The notes under the pieces were generated by a model. The model had not been told where the DNA came from and did not search any database. It was given only the letters and a program-made list of their open reading frames with translations. A stretch of 64,000 nucleotides of DNA from Eledone cirrhosa. Taxonomy: Eukaryota. This document shows, piece by piece, positions 41,701-56,700 of this stretch. The stretch covers positions 37,510,001 through 37,574,000 of the forward strand of contig OZ024748.1 in NCBI GenBank assembly GCA_964016885.1, written 5' to 3'. Both the position numbers and the translations under genes were made by a program. Positions within the stretch are counted from its first letter, which is position 1. Each line of letters begins with the position of its first letter.

Positions 41701-44700
41701 ATCTAGTGTGACAATGTTAGTGTCAGTGTTAACTACCTCTAGATCTAGTATGACAATGTCAGTGTCAGTGTTAACTACCTCTAGATCTAGTATGACAATG
41801 TCAGTGTCAGTGTTAACTACCTCTAGATCTAGTATGACAATGTTAGTGTCAGTGTTAACTACCTCTAGATCTAGTGTGACAATGTTAATGTCAGTGTTAA
41901 CTACCTCTAGATCTAGTATGACAATGTTAGTGTCAGTGTTAACTACCACTAGATCTAGTATGACAATGTTAGTGTCAGTGTTAACTACCTCTAGATCTAG
42001 TATGGCAATGTCAGTGTCAGTGTTAACTACCTCTAGATCTAGTATGACAATGTTAGTGTCAGTGTTAACTACCTCTAGATCTAGTATGACAATGTCAGTG
42101 TCAGTGTTAACTACCACTAGATCTAGTGTGACAATGTCAGTGTCAGGTTTAACTACCTCAAGATCTAGTGTGACAATGTTAGTGTCAGTGTTAACTACCA
42201 CTAGATCTAGTATGATAATGTTAGTGTCAGTGTTAACTACCTCTAGATCTAGTATGACAATGTTAGTGTCAGTGTTAACTACCTCTAGATCTAGTATGAC
42301 AATGTCAGTGTCATTGTTAACTATCTCTAGATCTAGTGTGACAATATCAGTGTCAGGGTTAACTACCTCAAGATCGAGTGTGACAATGTTAGTGTCAGTG
42401 TTAACAACCTCTAGATCTAGTATGACAATGTTAGTGTCAGTGTTAACTACCTCTAGATCTAGTATGACAATGTCAGTGTCAGGGTTAACTACCTCAAGAT
42501 CTAGTATGACAATGTCAGTGTCAGTGTTAACTACCTCTAGATCTAGTGAGACAATGTTAGTGTCAGTGTTAACTACCTGTAGATCTAGTATGACAATGTC
42601 AGTGTCAGGGTTAACTACCTCTAGATCTACTATGACAATGTTAGTGTCAGTGTTAACTACCACTAGATCTAGTGTGACAATGTTAGTGTCAGTGTTAACT
42701 ACCTCTAGATCTAGTGTGACAATGTTAGTGTCAGTGTTAACTACCACTAGATCTAGTATGACAATGTCAGTGTCAGTGTTAACTACCTCTAGATCTAGTA
42801 TGACAATGTTAGTGTCAGTGTTAACTACCACTAGATCTAGTGTGACAATGTCAGTGTCAGTGTTAACTACCTCAAGATCTAGTGTGACAATGTTAGTGTC
42901 AGTGTTAACTACCACTAGATCTAGTGTGACAATGTCAGTGTCAGTGTTAACTACCTCAAGATCTAGTGTGACAATGTTAGTGTCAGTGTTAACTACCTCT
43001 AGATCTAGTGTGACAATGTTAGTGTCAGTGTTAACTACCACTAGATCTAGTATGACAATGTCAGTGTCAGTGTTAACTACCTCTAGATCTAGTGTGACAA
43101 TGTTAGTGTCAGTGTTAACTACCACTAGATCTAGTATGACAATGTCAGTGTCAGTGTTAACTACCTCTAGATCTAGTATGACAATGTTAGTGTCAGTGTT
43201 AACTACCTCTAGATCTAGTGTGACAATGTCAGTGTCAGTGTTAACTACCTCAAGATCTAGTGTGACAATGTTAGTGTCAGTGTTAACTACCTCTAGATCT
43301 AGTGTGACAATGTCAGTGTCAGTGTTAACTACCTCAAGATCTAGTGTGACAATGTTAGTGTCAGTGTTAACTACCTCTAGATCTAGTGTGACAATGTTAG
43401 TGTCAGTGTTAACTACCTCTAGATCTAGTGTGACAATGTTAGTGTCAGTGTTAACTACCACTAGATCTAGTATGACAATGTCATAGTTAACTACCTCTAG
43501 ATCTAGTATGACAATGTCAGTGTCAGTGTTAACTACCTCTAGATCTAGTGTGACAATGTTAGTGTCAGTGTTAACTACCTCTAGATCTAGTATGACAATG
43601 TTAGTGTCATTGTTAACTACCTCTAGATCTAGTATGACAATGTCAGTGTCAGTGTTAACTACCTCTAGATCTAGTATGACAATGTTAGTGTCAGTGTTAA
43701 CTACCTCTAGATCTAGTGTGACAATGTTAATGTCAGTGTTAACTACCTCTAGATCTAGTATGACAATGTTAGTGTCAGTGTTAACTACCACTAGATCTAG
43801 TATGACAATGTTAGTGTCAGTGTTAACTACCTCTAGATCTAGTATGGCAATGTCAGTGTCAGTGTTAACTACCTCTAGATCTAGTATGACAATGTTAGTG
43901 TCAGTGTTAACTACCTCTAGATCTAGTATGACAATGTCAGTGTCAGTGTTAACTACCACTAGATCTAGTGTGACAATGTCAGTGTCAGGTTTAACTACCT
44001 CAAGATCTAGTGTGACAATGTTAGTGTCAGTGTTAACTACCTCTAGATCTAGTATGACAATGTCAGTGTCAGTGTTAACTACCACTAGATCTAGTGTGAC
44101 AATGTCAGTGTCAGGTTTAACTACCTCAAGATCTAGTGTGACAATGTTAGTGTCAGTGTTAACTACCACTAGATCTAGTATGATAATGTTAGTGTCAGTG
44201 TTAACTACCTCTAGATCTAGTATGACAATGTTAGTGTCAGTGTTAACTACCTCTAGATCTAGTATGACAATGTCAGTGTCATTGTTAACTATCTCTAGAT
44301 CTAGTGTGACAATATCAGTGTCAGGGTTAACTACCTCAAGATCGAGTGTGACAATGTTAGTGTCAGTGTTAACAACCTCTAGATCTAGTATGACAATGTT
44401 AGTGTCAGTGTTAACTACCTCTAGATCTAGTATGACAATGTCAGTGTCAGGGTTAACTACCTCAAGATCTAGTATGACAATGTCAGTGTCAGTGTTAACT
44501 ACCTCTAGATCTAGTGAGACAATGTTAGTGTCAGTGTTAACTACCTGTAGATCTAGTATGACAATGTCAGTGTCAGGGTTAACTACCTCTAGATCTACTA
44601 TGACAATGTTAGTGTCAGTGTTAACTACCACTAGATCTAGTGTGACAATGTTAGTGTCAGTGTTAACTACCTCTAGATCTAGTGTGACAATGTTAGTGTC

Positions 44701-47700
44701 AGTGTTAACTACCACTAGATCTAGTATGACAATGTCAGTGTCAGTGTTAACTACCTCTAGATCTAGTATGACAATGTTAGTGTCAGTGTTAACTACCACT
44801 AGATCTAGTGTGACAATGTCAGTGTCAGTGTTAACTACCTCAAGATCTAGTGTGACAATGTTAGTGTCAGTGTTAACTACCTCTAGATCTAGTGTGACAA
44901 TGTTAGTGTCAGTGTTAACTACCACTAGATCTAGTATGACAATGTCACTGTCAGTGTTAACTACCTCTAGATCTAGTATGACAATGTTAGTGTCAGTGTT
45001 AACTACCACTAGATCTAGTGTGACAATGTCAGTGTCAGTGTTATCTACCTCAAGATCTAGTATGACAATGTCAGTGTCAGTGTTACCTACCTCTAGATCT
45101 AGTGTGACAATGTTAGTGTCAGTGTTAACTACCTCTAGATCTAGTGTGACAATGTTAGTGTCAGTGTTAACTACCTCTAGATATAGTATGACAATGTCAG
45201 TGTCAGTGTTAACTACCTCTAGATCTAGTATGCCAATGTTAGTGTCAGTGTTAACTACCTCAAGATCTAGTGTGACAATGTTAGTGTCAGTGTTAACTAC
45301 CTCTAGATCTAGTGTGACAATGTTAGTGTCAGTGTTAACTACCACTAGATCTAGTATGACAATGTCAGTGTCAGTGTTAACTACCTCTAGATCTAGTGTG
45401 ACAATGTTAGTGTCAGTGTTAACTACCACTAGATCTAGTATGACAATGTAAGTGTCAGTGTTAACTACCTCTAGATCTAGTATGACAATGTTAGTGTCAG
45501 TGTTAACTACCTCTAGATCTAGTGTGACAATGTCAGTGTCAGTGTTAACTACCTCAAGATCTAGTGTGACAATGTTAGTGTCAGTGTTAACTACCTCTAG
45601 ATCTAGTGTGACAATGTTAGTGTCAGTGTTAACTACCTCTAGATCTAGTATGACAATGTCAGTGTCAGTGTTAACTACCTCTAGATCTAGTATGACAATT
45701 TCAGTGTCAGTGTTAACTACCTCTAGATCTAGTATGTCAATGTCAGTGTCAGGGTTAACTACCTCTAGATCTAGTGTGACAATGTTAGTGTCAGTGTTAA
45801 CTACCACAAGATCTAGTATGACAATGTTAGTGTCAGTGTTAACTACCTCTAGATCTAGTGTGACAATGTTAGTGTCAGTGTTAACTACCTGTAGATCTAG
45901 TATGACAATGTCAGTGTCAGGGTTAACTACCTCTAGATCTACTATGACAATGTTAGTGTCAGTGTTAACTACCACTAGATCTAGTATGACAATGTCAGTG
46001 TCAGGGTTAACTACCTCTAGATCTAGTATGACAATGTTAGTGTCAGTGTTAACTACCTCTAGATCTAGTATGACAATGTTAGTGTCAGTGTTAACTACCT
46101 CTAGATCTAGTAAGACAATGTCAGTGTCAGGGTTAACTACCTCTAGATCTAGTATGACAATGTTAGTGTCAGTGTTAACTACCTCTAGATCTAGTATGAC
46201 AATGTTAGTGTCAGTGTTAACTACCACTAGATCTAGTATGACAATGTCAGTGTCAGGGTTAACTACCTCTAGATCTAGTATGACAATGTTAGTGTCAGTG
46301 TTAACTACCTCTAGATCTAGTATGACAATGTTAGTGTCAGTGTTAACTACCTCAAGATCTAGTATGACAATGTTCGTGTCAGTGTTAACTACCTCTAGAT
46401 ATAGTATGACAATGTCAGTGTCAGGGTTAACTACCTCTAGATCTAGTATGACAATGTTAGTGTCAGTGTTAACTACCTCTAGATCTAGTATGACAATGTT
46501 AGTGTCAGTGTTAACTACCTCTAGATCTAGTATGACAGTGTTCGTGTCAGTGTTAACTACCTCTAGATATAGTATGACAATGTCAGTGTCAGTGTTAACT
46601 ACCACTAGATCTAGTGTGACAATGTCAGTGTCAGTGTTAACTACCTCAAGATCTAGTGTGACAATGTTAGTGTCAGTGTTAACTACCTCTAGATCTAGTA
46701 TGACAATGTTAGTGTCAGTGTTAACTACCACTAGATCTAGTGTGACAATGTCAGTGTCAGTGTTAACTACCTCAAGATCTAGTGTGACAATGTTAGTGTC
46801 AGTGTTAACTACCTCTAGATCTAGTGTGACAATGTTAGTGTCAGTGTTAACTACCACTAGATCTAGTATGACAATGTCAGTGTCAGTGTTAACTACCTCT
46901 AGATCTAGTATGACAATGTTAGTGTCAGTGTTAACTACCTCTAGATCTAGTGTGACAATGTCAGTGTCAGAGTTAACTACCTCAAGATCTAGTGTGACAA
47001 TGTTAGTGTCAGTGTTAACTACCTCTAGATCTAGTGTGACAATGTTAGTGTCAGTGTTAACTACCTCTAGATCTAGTGTGACAATGTTAGTGTCAGTGTT
47101 AACTACCACTAGATCTAGTATGACAATGTCATAGTTAACTACCTCTAGATCTAGTATGACAATGTCAGTGTCAGTGTTAACTACCTCTAGATCTAGTGTG
47201 ACAATGTTAGTGTCAGTGTTAACTACCTCTAGATCTAGTATGACAATGTTAGTGTCATTGTTAACTACCTCTAGATCTAGTGTGACAATGTTAGTGTCAG
47301 TGTTAACTACCTCTAGATCTAGTATGACAATGTCAGTGTCAGTGTTAACTACCTCTAGATCTAGTATGACAATGTCAGTGTCAGTGTTAACTACCTCTAG
47401 ATCTAGTATGACAATGTTAGTGTCAGTGTTAACTACCTCTAGATCTAGTGTGACAATGTTAATGTCAGTGTTAACTACCTCTAGATCTAGTATGACAATG
47501 TTAGTGTCAGTGTTAACTACCACTAGATCTAGTATGACAATGTTAGTGTCAGTGTTAACTACCTCTAGATCTAGTATGGCAATGTTAGTGACAGTGTTAA
47601 CTACCTCTAGATCTAGTATGACAATGTTAGTGTCAGTGTTAACTACCTCTAGATCTAGTATGACAATGTCAGTGTCATTGTTAACTATCTCTAGATCTAG

Positions 47701-50700
47701 TGTGACAATATCAGTGTCAGGGTTAACTACCTCAAGATCTAGTGTGACAATGTTAGTGTAAGTGTTAACAACCTCTAGATCTAGTATGACAATGTTAGTG
47801 TCAGTGTTAACTACCTGTAGATCTAGTATGACAATGTCAGTGTCAGGGTTAACTACCTCTAGATCTACTATGACAATGTTAGTGTCAGTGTTAACTACCA
47901 CTAGATCTAGTGTGACAATGTTAGTGTCAGTGTTAACTACCTCTAGATCTAGTGTGACAATGTTAGTGTCAGTGTTAACTACCACTAGATCTAGTATGAC
48001 AATGTCAGTGTCAGTGTTAACTACCTCTAGATCTAGTATTACAATGTTAGTGTCAGTGTTAACTACCTCTAGATCTAGTGTGACAATGTTAGTGTCAGTG
48101 TTAACTACCACTAGATGTAGTATGACAATGTCAGTGTCAGTGTTAACTACCTCTAGATCTAGTGTGACAATGTTAGTGTCAGTGTTAACTACCTCTAGAT
48201 CTAGTGTGACAATGTTAGTGTCAGTGTTAACTACCTCTAGATATAGTATGACAATGTCAGTGTCAGTGTTAACTACCTCTAGATCTAGTATGCCAATGTT
48301 AGTGTCAGTGTTAACTACCTCAAGATCTAGTGTGACAATGTTAGTGTCAGTGTTAACTACCTCTAGATCTAGTGTGACAATGTTAGTGTCAGTGTTAACT
48401 ACCACTAGATCTAGTATGACAATGTCAGTGTCAGTGTTAACTACCTCTAGATCTAGTGTGACAATGTTAGTGTCAGTGTTAACTACCACTAGATCTAGTA
48501 TGACAATGTAAGTGTCAGTGTTAACTACCTCTAGATCTAGTATGACAATGTTAGTGTCAGTGTTAACTACCTCTAGATCTAGTGTGACAATGTCAGTGTC
48601 AGTGTTAACTACCTCAAGATCTAGTGTGACAATGTTAGTGTCAGTGTTAACTACCTCTAGATCTAGTGTGACAATGTTAGTGTCAGTGTTAACTACCTCT
48701 AGATCTAGTATGACAATGTCAGTGTCAGTGTTAACTACCTCTAGATCTAGTATGACAATTTCAGTGTCAGTGTTAACTACCTCTAGATCTAGTATGTCAA
48801 TGTCAGTGTCAGGGTTAACTACCTCTAGATCTAGTGTGACAATGTTAGTGTCAGTGTTAACTACCACAAGATCTAGTATGACAATGTTAGTGTCAGTGTT
48901 AACTACCTCTAGATCTAGTGTGACAATGTTAGTGTCAGTGTTAACTACCTGTAGATCTAGTATGACAATGTCAGTGTCAGGGTTAACTACCTCTAGATCT
49001 ACTATGACAATGTTAGTGTCAGTGTTAACTACCACTAGATCTAGTATGACAATGTCAGTGTCAGGGTTAACTACCTCTAGATCTAGTATGACAATGTTAG
49101 TGTCAGTGTTAACTACCTCTAGATCTAGTATGACAATGTTAGTGTCAGTGTTAACTACCTCTAGATCTAGTAAGACAATGTCAGTGTCAGGGTTAACTAC
49201 CTCTAGATCTAGTATGACAATGTTAGTGTCAGTGTTAACTACCTCTAGATCTAGTATGACAATGTTAGTGTCAGTGTTAACTACCACTAGATCTAGTATG
49301 ACAATGTCAGTGTCAGGGTTAACTACCTCTAGATCTAGTATGACAATGTTAGTGTCAGTGTTAACTACCTCTAGATCTAGTATGACAATGTTAGTGTCAG
49401 TGTTAACTACCTCAAGATCTAGTATGACAATGTTCGTGTCAGTGTTAACTACCTCTAGATATAGTATGACAATGTCAGTGTCAGGGTTAACTACCTCTAG
49501 ATCTAGTATGACAATGTTAGTGTCAGTGTTAACTACCTCTAGATCTAGTATGACAATGTTAGTGTCAGTGTTAACTACCTCTAGATCTAGTATGACAGTG
49601 TTCGTGTCAGTGTTAACTACCTCTAGATATAGTATGACAATGTCAGTGTCAGTGTTAACTACCACTAGATCTAGTGTGACAATGTCAGTGTCAGTGTTAA
49701 CTACCTCAAGATCTAGTGTGACAATGTTAGTGTCAGTGTTAACTACCTCTAGATCTAGTATGACAATGTTAGTGTCAGTGTTAACTACCACTAGATCTAG
49801 TGTGACAATGTCAGTGTCAGTGTTAACTACCTCAAGATCTAGTGTGACAATGTTAGTGTCAGTGTTAACTACCTCTAGATCTAGTGTGACAATGTTAGTG
49901 TCAGTGTTAACTACCACTAGATCTAGTATGACAATGTCAGTGTCAGTGTTAACTACCTCTAGATCTAGTATGACAATGTTAGTGTCAGTGTTAACTACCT
50001 CTAGATCTAGTGTGACAATGTCAGTGTCAGAGTTAACTACCTCAAGATCTAGTGTGACAATGTTAGTGTCAGTGTTAACTACCTCTAGATCTAGTGTGAC
50101 AATGTTAGTGTCAGTGTTAACTACCTCTAGATCTAGTGTGACAATGTTAGTGTCAGTGTTAACTACCACTAGATCTAGTATGACAATGTCATAGTTAACT
50201 ACCTCTAGATCTAGTATGACAATGTCAGTGTCAGTGTTAACTACCTCTAGATCTAGTGTGACAATGTTAGTGTCAGTGTTAACTACCTCTAGATCTAGTA
50301 TGACAATGTCAGTGTCATTGTTAACTATCTCTAGATCTAGTGTGACAATATCAGTGTCAGGGTTAACTACCTCAAGATCTAGTGTGACAATGTTAGTGTA
50401 AGTGTTAACAACCTCTAGATCTAGTATGACAATGTTAGTGTCAGTGTTAACTACCTGTAGATCTAGTATGACAATGTCAGTGTCAGGGTTAACTACCTCT
50501 AGATCTACTATGACAATGTTAGTGTCAGTGTTAACTACCACTAGATCTAGTGTGACAATGTTAGTGTCAGTGTTAACTACCTCTAGATCTAGTGTGACAA
50601 TGTTAGTGTCAGTGTTAACTACCACTAGATCTAGTATGACAATGTCAGTGTCAGTGTTAACTACCTCTAGATCTAGTATTACAATGTTAGTGTCAGTGTT

Positions 50701-53700
50701 AACTACCTCTAGATCTAGTGTGACAATGTTAGTGTCAGTGTTAACTACCACTAGATGTAGTATGACAATGTCAGTGTCAGTGTTAACTACCTCTAGATCT
50801 AGTGTGACAATGTTAGTGTCAGTGTTAACTACCTCTAGATCTAGTGTGACAATGTTAGTGTCAGTGTTAACTACCTCTAGATATAGTATGACAATGTCAG
50901 TGTCAGTGTTAACTACCTCTAGATCTAGTATGCCAATGTTAGTGTCAGTGTTAACTACCTCAAGATCTAGTGTGACAATGTTAGTGTCAGTGTTAACTAC
51001 CTCTAGATCTAGTGTGACAATGTTAGTGTCAGTGTTAACTACCACTAGATCTAGTATGACAATGTCAGTGTCAGTGTTAACTACCTCTAGATCTAGTGTG
51101 ACAATGTTAGTGTCAGTGTTAACTACCACTAGATCTAGTATGACAATGTAAGTGTCAGTGTTAACTACCTCTAGATCTAGTATGACAATGTTAGTGTCAG
51201 TGTTAACTACCTCTAGATCTAGTGTGACAATGTCAGTGTCAGTGTTAACTACCTCAAGATCTAGTGTGACAATGTTAGTGTCAGTGTTAACTACCTCTAG
51301 ATCTAGTGTGACAATGTTAGTGTCAGTGTTAACTACCTCTAGATCTAGTATGACAATGTCAGTGTCAGTGTTAACTACCTCTAGATCTAGTATGACAATT
51401 TCAGTGTCAGTGTTAACTACCTCTAGATCTAGTATGTCAATGTCAGTGTCAGGGTTAACTACCTCTAGATCTAGTGTGACAATGTTAGTGTCAGTGTTAA
51501 CTACCACAAGATCTAGTATGACAATGTTAGTGTCAGTGTTAACTACCTCTAGATCTAGTGTGACAATGTTAGTGTCAGTGTTAACTACCTGTAGATCTAG
51601 TATGACAATGTCAGTGTCAGGGTTAACTACCTCTAGATCTACTATGACAATGTTAGTGTCAGTGTTAACTACCACTAGATCTAGTATGACAATGTCAGTG
51701 TCAGGGTTAACTACCTCTAGATCTAGTATGACAATGTTAGTGTCAGTGTTAACTACCTCTAGATCTAGTATGACAATGTTAGTGTCAGTGTTAACTACCT
51801 CTAGATCTAGTAAGACAATGTCAGTGTCAGGGTTAACTACCTCTAGATCTAGTATGACAATGTTAGTGTCAGTGTTAACTACCTCTAGATCTAGTATGAC
51901 AATGTTAGTGTCAGTGTTAACTACCACTAGATCTAGTATGACAATGTCAGTGTCAGGGTTAACTACCTCTAGATCTAGTATGACAATGTTAGTGTCAGTG
52001 TTAACTACCTCTAGATCTAGTATGACAATGTTAGTGTCAGTGTTAACTACCTCAAGATCTAGTATGACAATGTTCGTGTCAGTGTTAACTACCTCTAGAT
52101 ATAGTATGACAATGTCAGTGTCAGGGTTAACTACCTCTAGATCTAGTATGACAATGTTAGTGTCAGTGTTAACTACCTCTAGATCTAGTATGACAATGTT
52201 AGTGTCAGTGTTAACTACCTCTAGATCTAGTATGACAGTGTTCGTGTCAGTGTTAACTACCTCTAGATATAGTATGACAATGTCAGTGTCAGTGTTAACT
52301 ACCACTAGATCTAGTGTGACAATGTCAGTGTCAGTGTTAACTACCTCAAGATCTAGTGTGACAATGTTAGTGTCAGTGTTAACTACCTCTAGATCTAGTA
52401 TGACAATGTTAGTGTCAGTGTTAACTACCACTAGATCTAGTGTGACAATGTCAGTGTCAGTGTTAACTACCTCAAGATCTAGTGTGACAATGTTAGTGTC
52501 AGTGTTAACTACCTCTAGATCTAGTGTGACAATGTTAGTGTCAGTGTTAACTACCACTAGATCTAGTATGACAATGTCAGTGTCAGTGTTAACTACCTCT
52601 AGATCTAGTATGACAATGTTAGTGTCAGTGTTAACTACCTCTAGATCTAGTGTGACAATGTCAGTGTCAGAGTTAACTACCTCAAGATCTAGTGTGACAA
52701 TGTTAGTGTCAGTGTTAACTACCTCTAGATCTAGTGTGACAATGTTAGTGTCAGTGTTAACTACCTCTAGATCTAGTGTGACAATGTTAGTGTCAGTGTT
52801 AACTACCACTAGATCTAGTATGACAATGTCATAGTTAACTACCTCTAGATCTAGTATGACAATGTCAGTGTCAGTGTTAACTACCTCTAGATCTAGTGTG
52901 ACAATGTTAGTGTCAGTGTTAACTACCTCTAGATCTAGTATGACAATGTTAGTGTCATTGTTAACTACCTCTAGATCTAGTGTGACAATGTTAGTGTCAG
53001 TGTTAACTACCTCTAGATCTAGTATGACAATGTCAGTGTCAGTGTTAACTACCTCTAGATCTAGTATGACAATGTCAGTGTCAGTGTTAACTACCTCTAG
53101 ATCTAGTATGACAATGTTAGTGTCAGTGTTAACTACCTCTAGATCTAGTGTGACAATGTTAATGTCAGTGTTAACTACCTCTAGGTCTAGTATGACAATG
53201 TTAGTGTCAGTGTTAACTACCACTAGATCTAGTATGACAATGTTAGTGTCAGTGTTAACTACCTCTAGATCTAGTATGGCAATGTTAGTGACAGTGTTAA
53301 CTACCTCTAGATCTAGTATGACAATGTTAGTGTCAGTGTTAACTACCTCTAGATCTAGTATGACAATGTCAGTGTCATTGTTAACTATCTCTAGATCTAG
53401 TGTGACAATATCAGTGTCAGGGTTAACTACCTCAAGATCTAGTGTGACAATGTTAGTGTAAGTGTTAACAACCTCTAGATCTAGTATGACAATGTTAGTG
53501 TCAGTGTTAACTACCTCTAGATCTAGTATGACAATGTCAGTGTCAGGGTTAACTACCTCAAGATCTAGTATGACAATGTCAGTGTCAGTGTTAACTACCT
53601 CTAGATCTAGTGAGACGATGTTAGTGTCAGTGTTAACTACCTGTAGATCTAGTATGACAATGTCAGTGTCAGGGTTAACTACCTCTAGATCTACTATGAC

Positions 53701-56700
53701 AATGTTAGTGTCAGTGTTAACTACCACTAGATCTAGTGTGACAATGTTAGTGTCAGTGTTAACTACCTCTAGATCTAGTGTGACAATGTTAGTGTCAGTG
53801 TTAACTACCACTAGATCTAGTATGACAATGTCAGTGTCAGTGTTAACTACCTCTAGATCTAGTATTACAATGTTAGTGTCAGTGTTAACTACCTCTAGAT
53901 CTAGTGTGACAATGTTAGTGTCAGTGTTAACTACCACTAGATGTAGTATGACAATGTCAGTGTCAGTGTTAACTACCTCTAGATCTAGTATGACAATGTT
54001 AGTGTCAGTGTTAACTACCACTAGATCTAGTGTGACAATGTCAGTGTCAGTGTTAACTACCTCAAGATCTAGTGTGACAATGTTAGTGTCAGTGTTAACT
54101 ACCTCTAGATCTAGTGTGACAATGTTAGTGTCAGTGTTAACTACCACTAGATCTAGTATGACAATGTCAGTGTCAGTGTTAACTACCTCTAGATCTAGTG
54201 TGACAATGTTAGTGTCAGTGTTAACTACCTGTAGATCTAGTATGACAATGTCAGTGTCAGGGTTAACTACCTCTAGATCTACTATGACAATGTTAGTGTC
54301 AGTGTTAACTACCACTAGATCTAGTATGACAATGTCAGTGTCAGGGTTAACTACCTCTAGATCTAGTATGACAATGTTAGTGTCAGTGTTAACTACCTCT
54401 AGATCTAGTATGACAATGTTAGTGTCAGTGTTAACTACCTCTAGATCTAGTAAGACAATGTCAGTGTCAGGGTTAACTACCTCTAGATCTAGTATGACAA
54501 TGTTAGTGTCAGTGTTAACTACCTCTAGATCTAGTATGACAATGTTAGTGTCAGTGTTAACTACCACTAGATCTAGTATGACAATGTCAGTGTCAGGGTT
54601 AACTACCTCTAGATCTAGTATGACAATGTTAGTGTCAGTGTTAACTACCTCTAGATCTAGTATGACAATGTTAGTGTCAGTGTTAACTACCTCAAGATCT
54701 AGTATGACAATGTTCGTGTCAGTGTTAACTACCTCTAGATATAGTATGACAATGTCAGTGTCAGGGTTAACTACCTCTAGATCTAGTATGACAATGTTAG
54801 TGTCAGTGTTAACTACCTCTAGATCTAGTATGACAATGTTAGTGTCAGTGTTAACTACCTCTAGATCTAGTATGACAGTGTTCGTGTCAGTGTTAACTAC
54901 CTCTAGATATAGTATGACAATGTCAGTGTCAGTGTTAACTACCACTAGATCTAGTGTGACAATGTCAGTGTCAGTGTTAACTACCTCAAGATCTAGTGTG
55001 ACAATGTTAGTGTCAGTGTTAACTACCTCTAGATCTAGTATGACAATGTTAGTGTCAGTGTTAACTACCACTAGATCTAGTGTGACAATGTCAGTGTCAG
55101 TGTTAACTACCTCAAGATCTAGTGTGACAATGTTAGTGTCAGTGTTAACTACCTCTAGATCTAGTGTGACAATGTTAGTGTCAGTGTTAACTACCACTAG
55201 ATCTAGTATGACAATGTCAGTGTCAGTGTTAACTACCTCTAGATCTAGTATGACAATGTTAGTGTCAGTGTTAACTACCTCTAGATCTAGTGTGACAATG
55301 TCAGTGTCAGTGTTAACTACCTCAAGATCTAGTGTGACAATGTTAGTGTCAGTGTTAACTACCTCTAGATCTAGTGTGACAATGTTAGTGTCAGTGTTAA
55401 CTACCTCTAGATCTAGTGTGACAATGTTAGTGTCAGTGTTAACTACCACTAGATCTAGTATGACAATGTCATAGTTAACTACCTCTAGATCTAGTATGAC
55501 AATGTCAGTGTCAGTGTTAACTACCTCTAGATCTAGTGTGACAATGTTAGTGTCAGTGTTAACTACCTCTAGATCTAGTATGACAATGTTAGTGTCATTG
55601 TTAACTACCTCTAGATCTAGTGTGACAATGTTAGTGTCAGTGTTAACTACCTCTAGATCTAGTATGACAATGTCAGTGTCAGTGTTAACTACCTCTAGAT
55701 CTAGTATGACAATGTCAGTGTCAGTGTTAACTACCTCTAGATCTAGTATGACAATGTTAGTGTCAGTGTTAACTACCTCTAGATCTAGTGTGACAATGTT
55801 AATGTCAGTGTTAACTACCTCTAGATCTAGTATGACAATGTTAGTGTCAGTGTTAACAACCACTAGATCTAGTATGACAATGTTAGTGTCAGTGTTAACT
55901 ACCTCTAGATCTAGTATGGCAATGTTAGTGACAGTGTTAACTACCTCTAGATCTAGTATGACAATGTTAGTGTCAGTGTTAACTACCTCTAGATCTAGTA
56001 TGACAATGTCAGTGTCATTGTTAACTATCTCTAGATCTAGTGTGACAATATCAGTGTCAGGGTTAACTACCTCAAGATCTAGTGTGACAATGTTAGTGTA
56101 AGTGTTAACAACCTCTAGATCTAGTATGACAATGTTAGTGTCAGTTTTAACTACCTCTAGATCTAGTATGACAATGTCAGTGTCAGGGTTAACTACCTCA
56201 AGATCTAGTATGACAATGTCAGTGTCAGTGTTAACTACCTCTAGATCTAGTGAGACGATGTTAGTGTCAGTGTTAACTACCTGTAGATCTAGTATGACAA
56301 TGTCAGTGTCAGTGTTAACTACCTCTAGATCTAGTATGACAATGTTAGTGTCAGTGTTAACTACCTCTAGATCTAGTGTGACAATGTCAGTGTCAGAGTT
56401 AACTACCTCAAGATCTAGTGTGACAATGTTAGTGTCAGTGTTAACTACCTCTAGATCTAGTGTGACAATGTTAGTGTCAGTGTTAACTACCTCTAGATCT
56501 AGTGTGACAATGTTAGTGTCAGTGTTAACTACCACTAGATCTAGTATGACAATGTCATAGTTAACTACCTCTAGATCTAGTATGACAATGTCAGTGTCAG
56601 TGTTAACTACCTCTAGATCTAGTGTGACAATGTTAGTGTCAGTGTTAACTACCTCTAGATCTAGTATGACAATGTTAGTGTCAGTGTTAACTACCTCTAG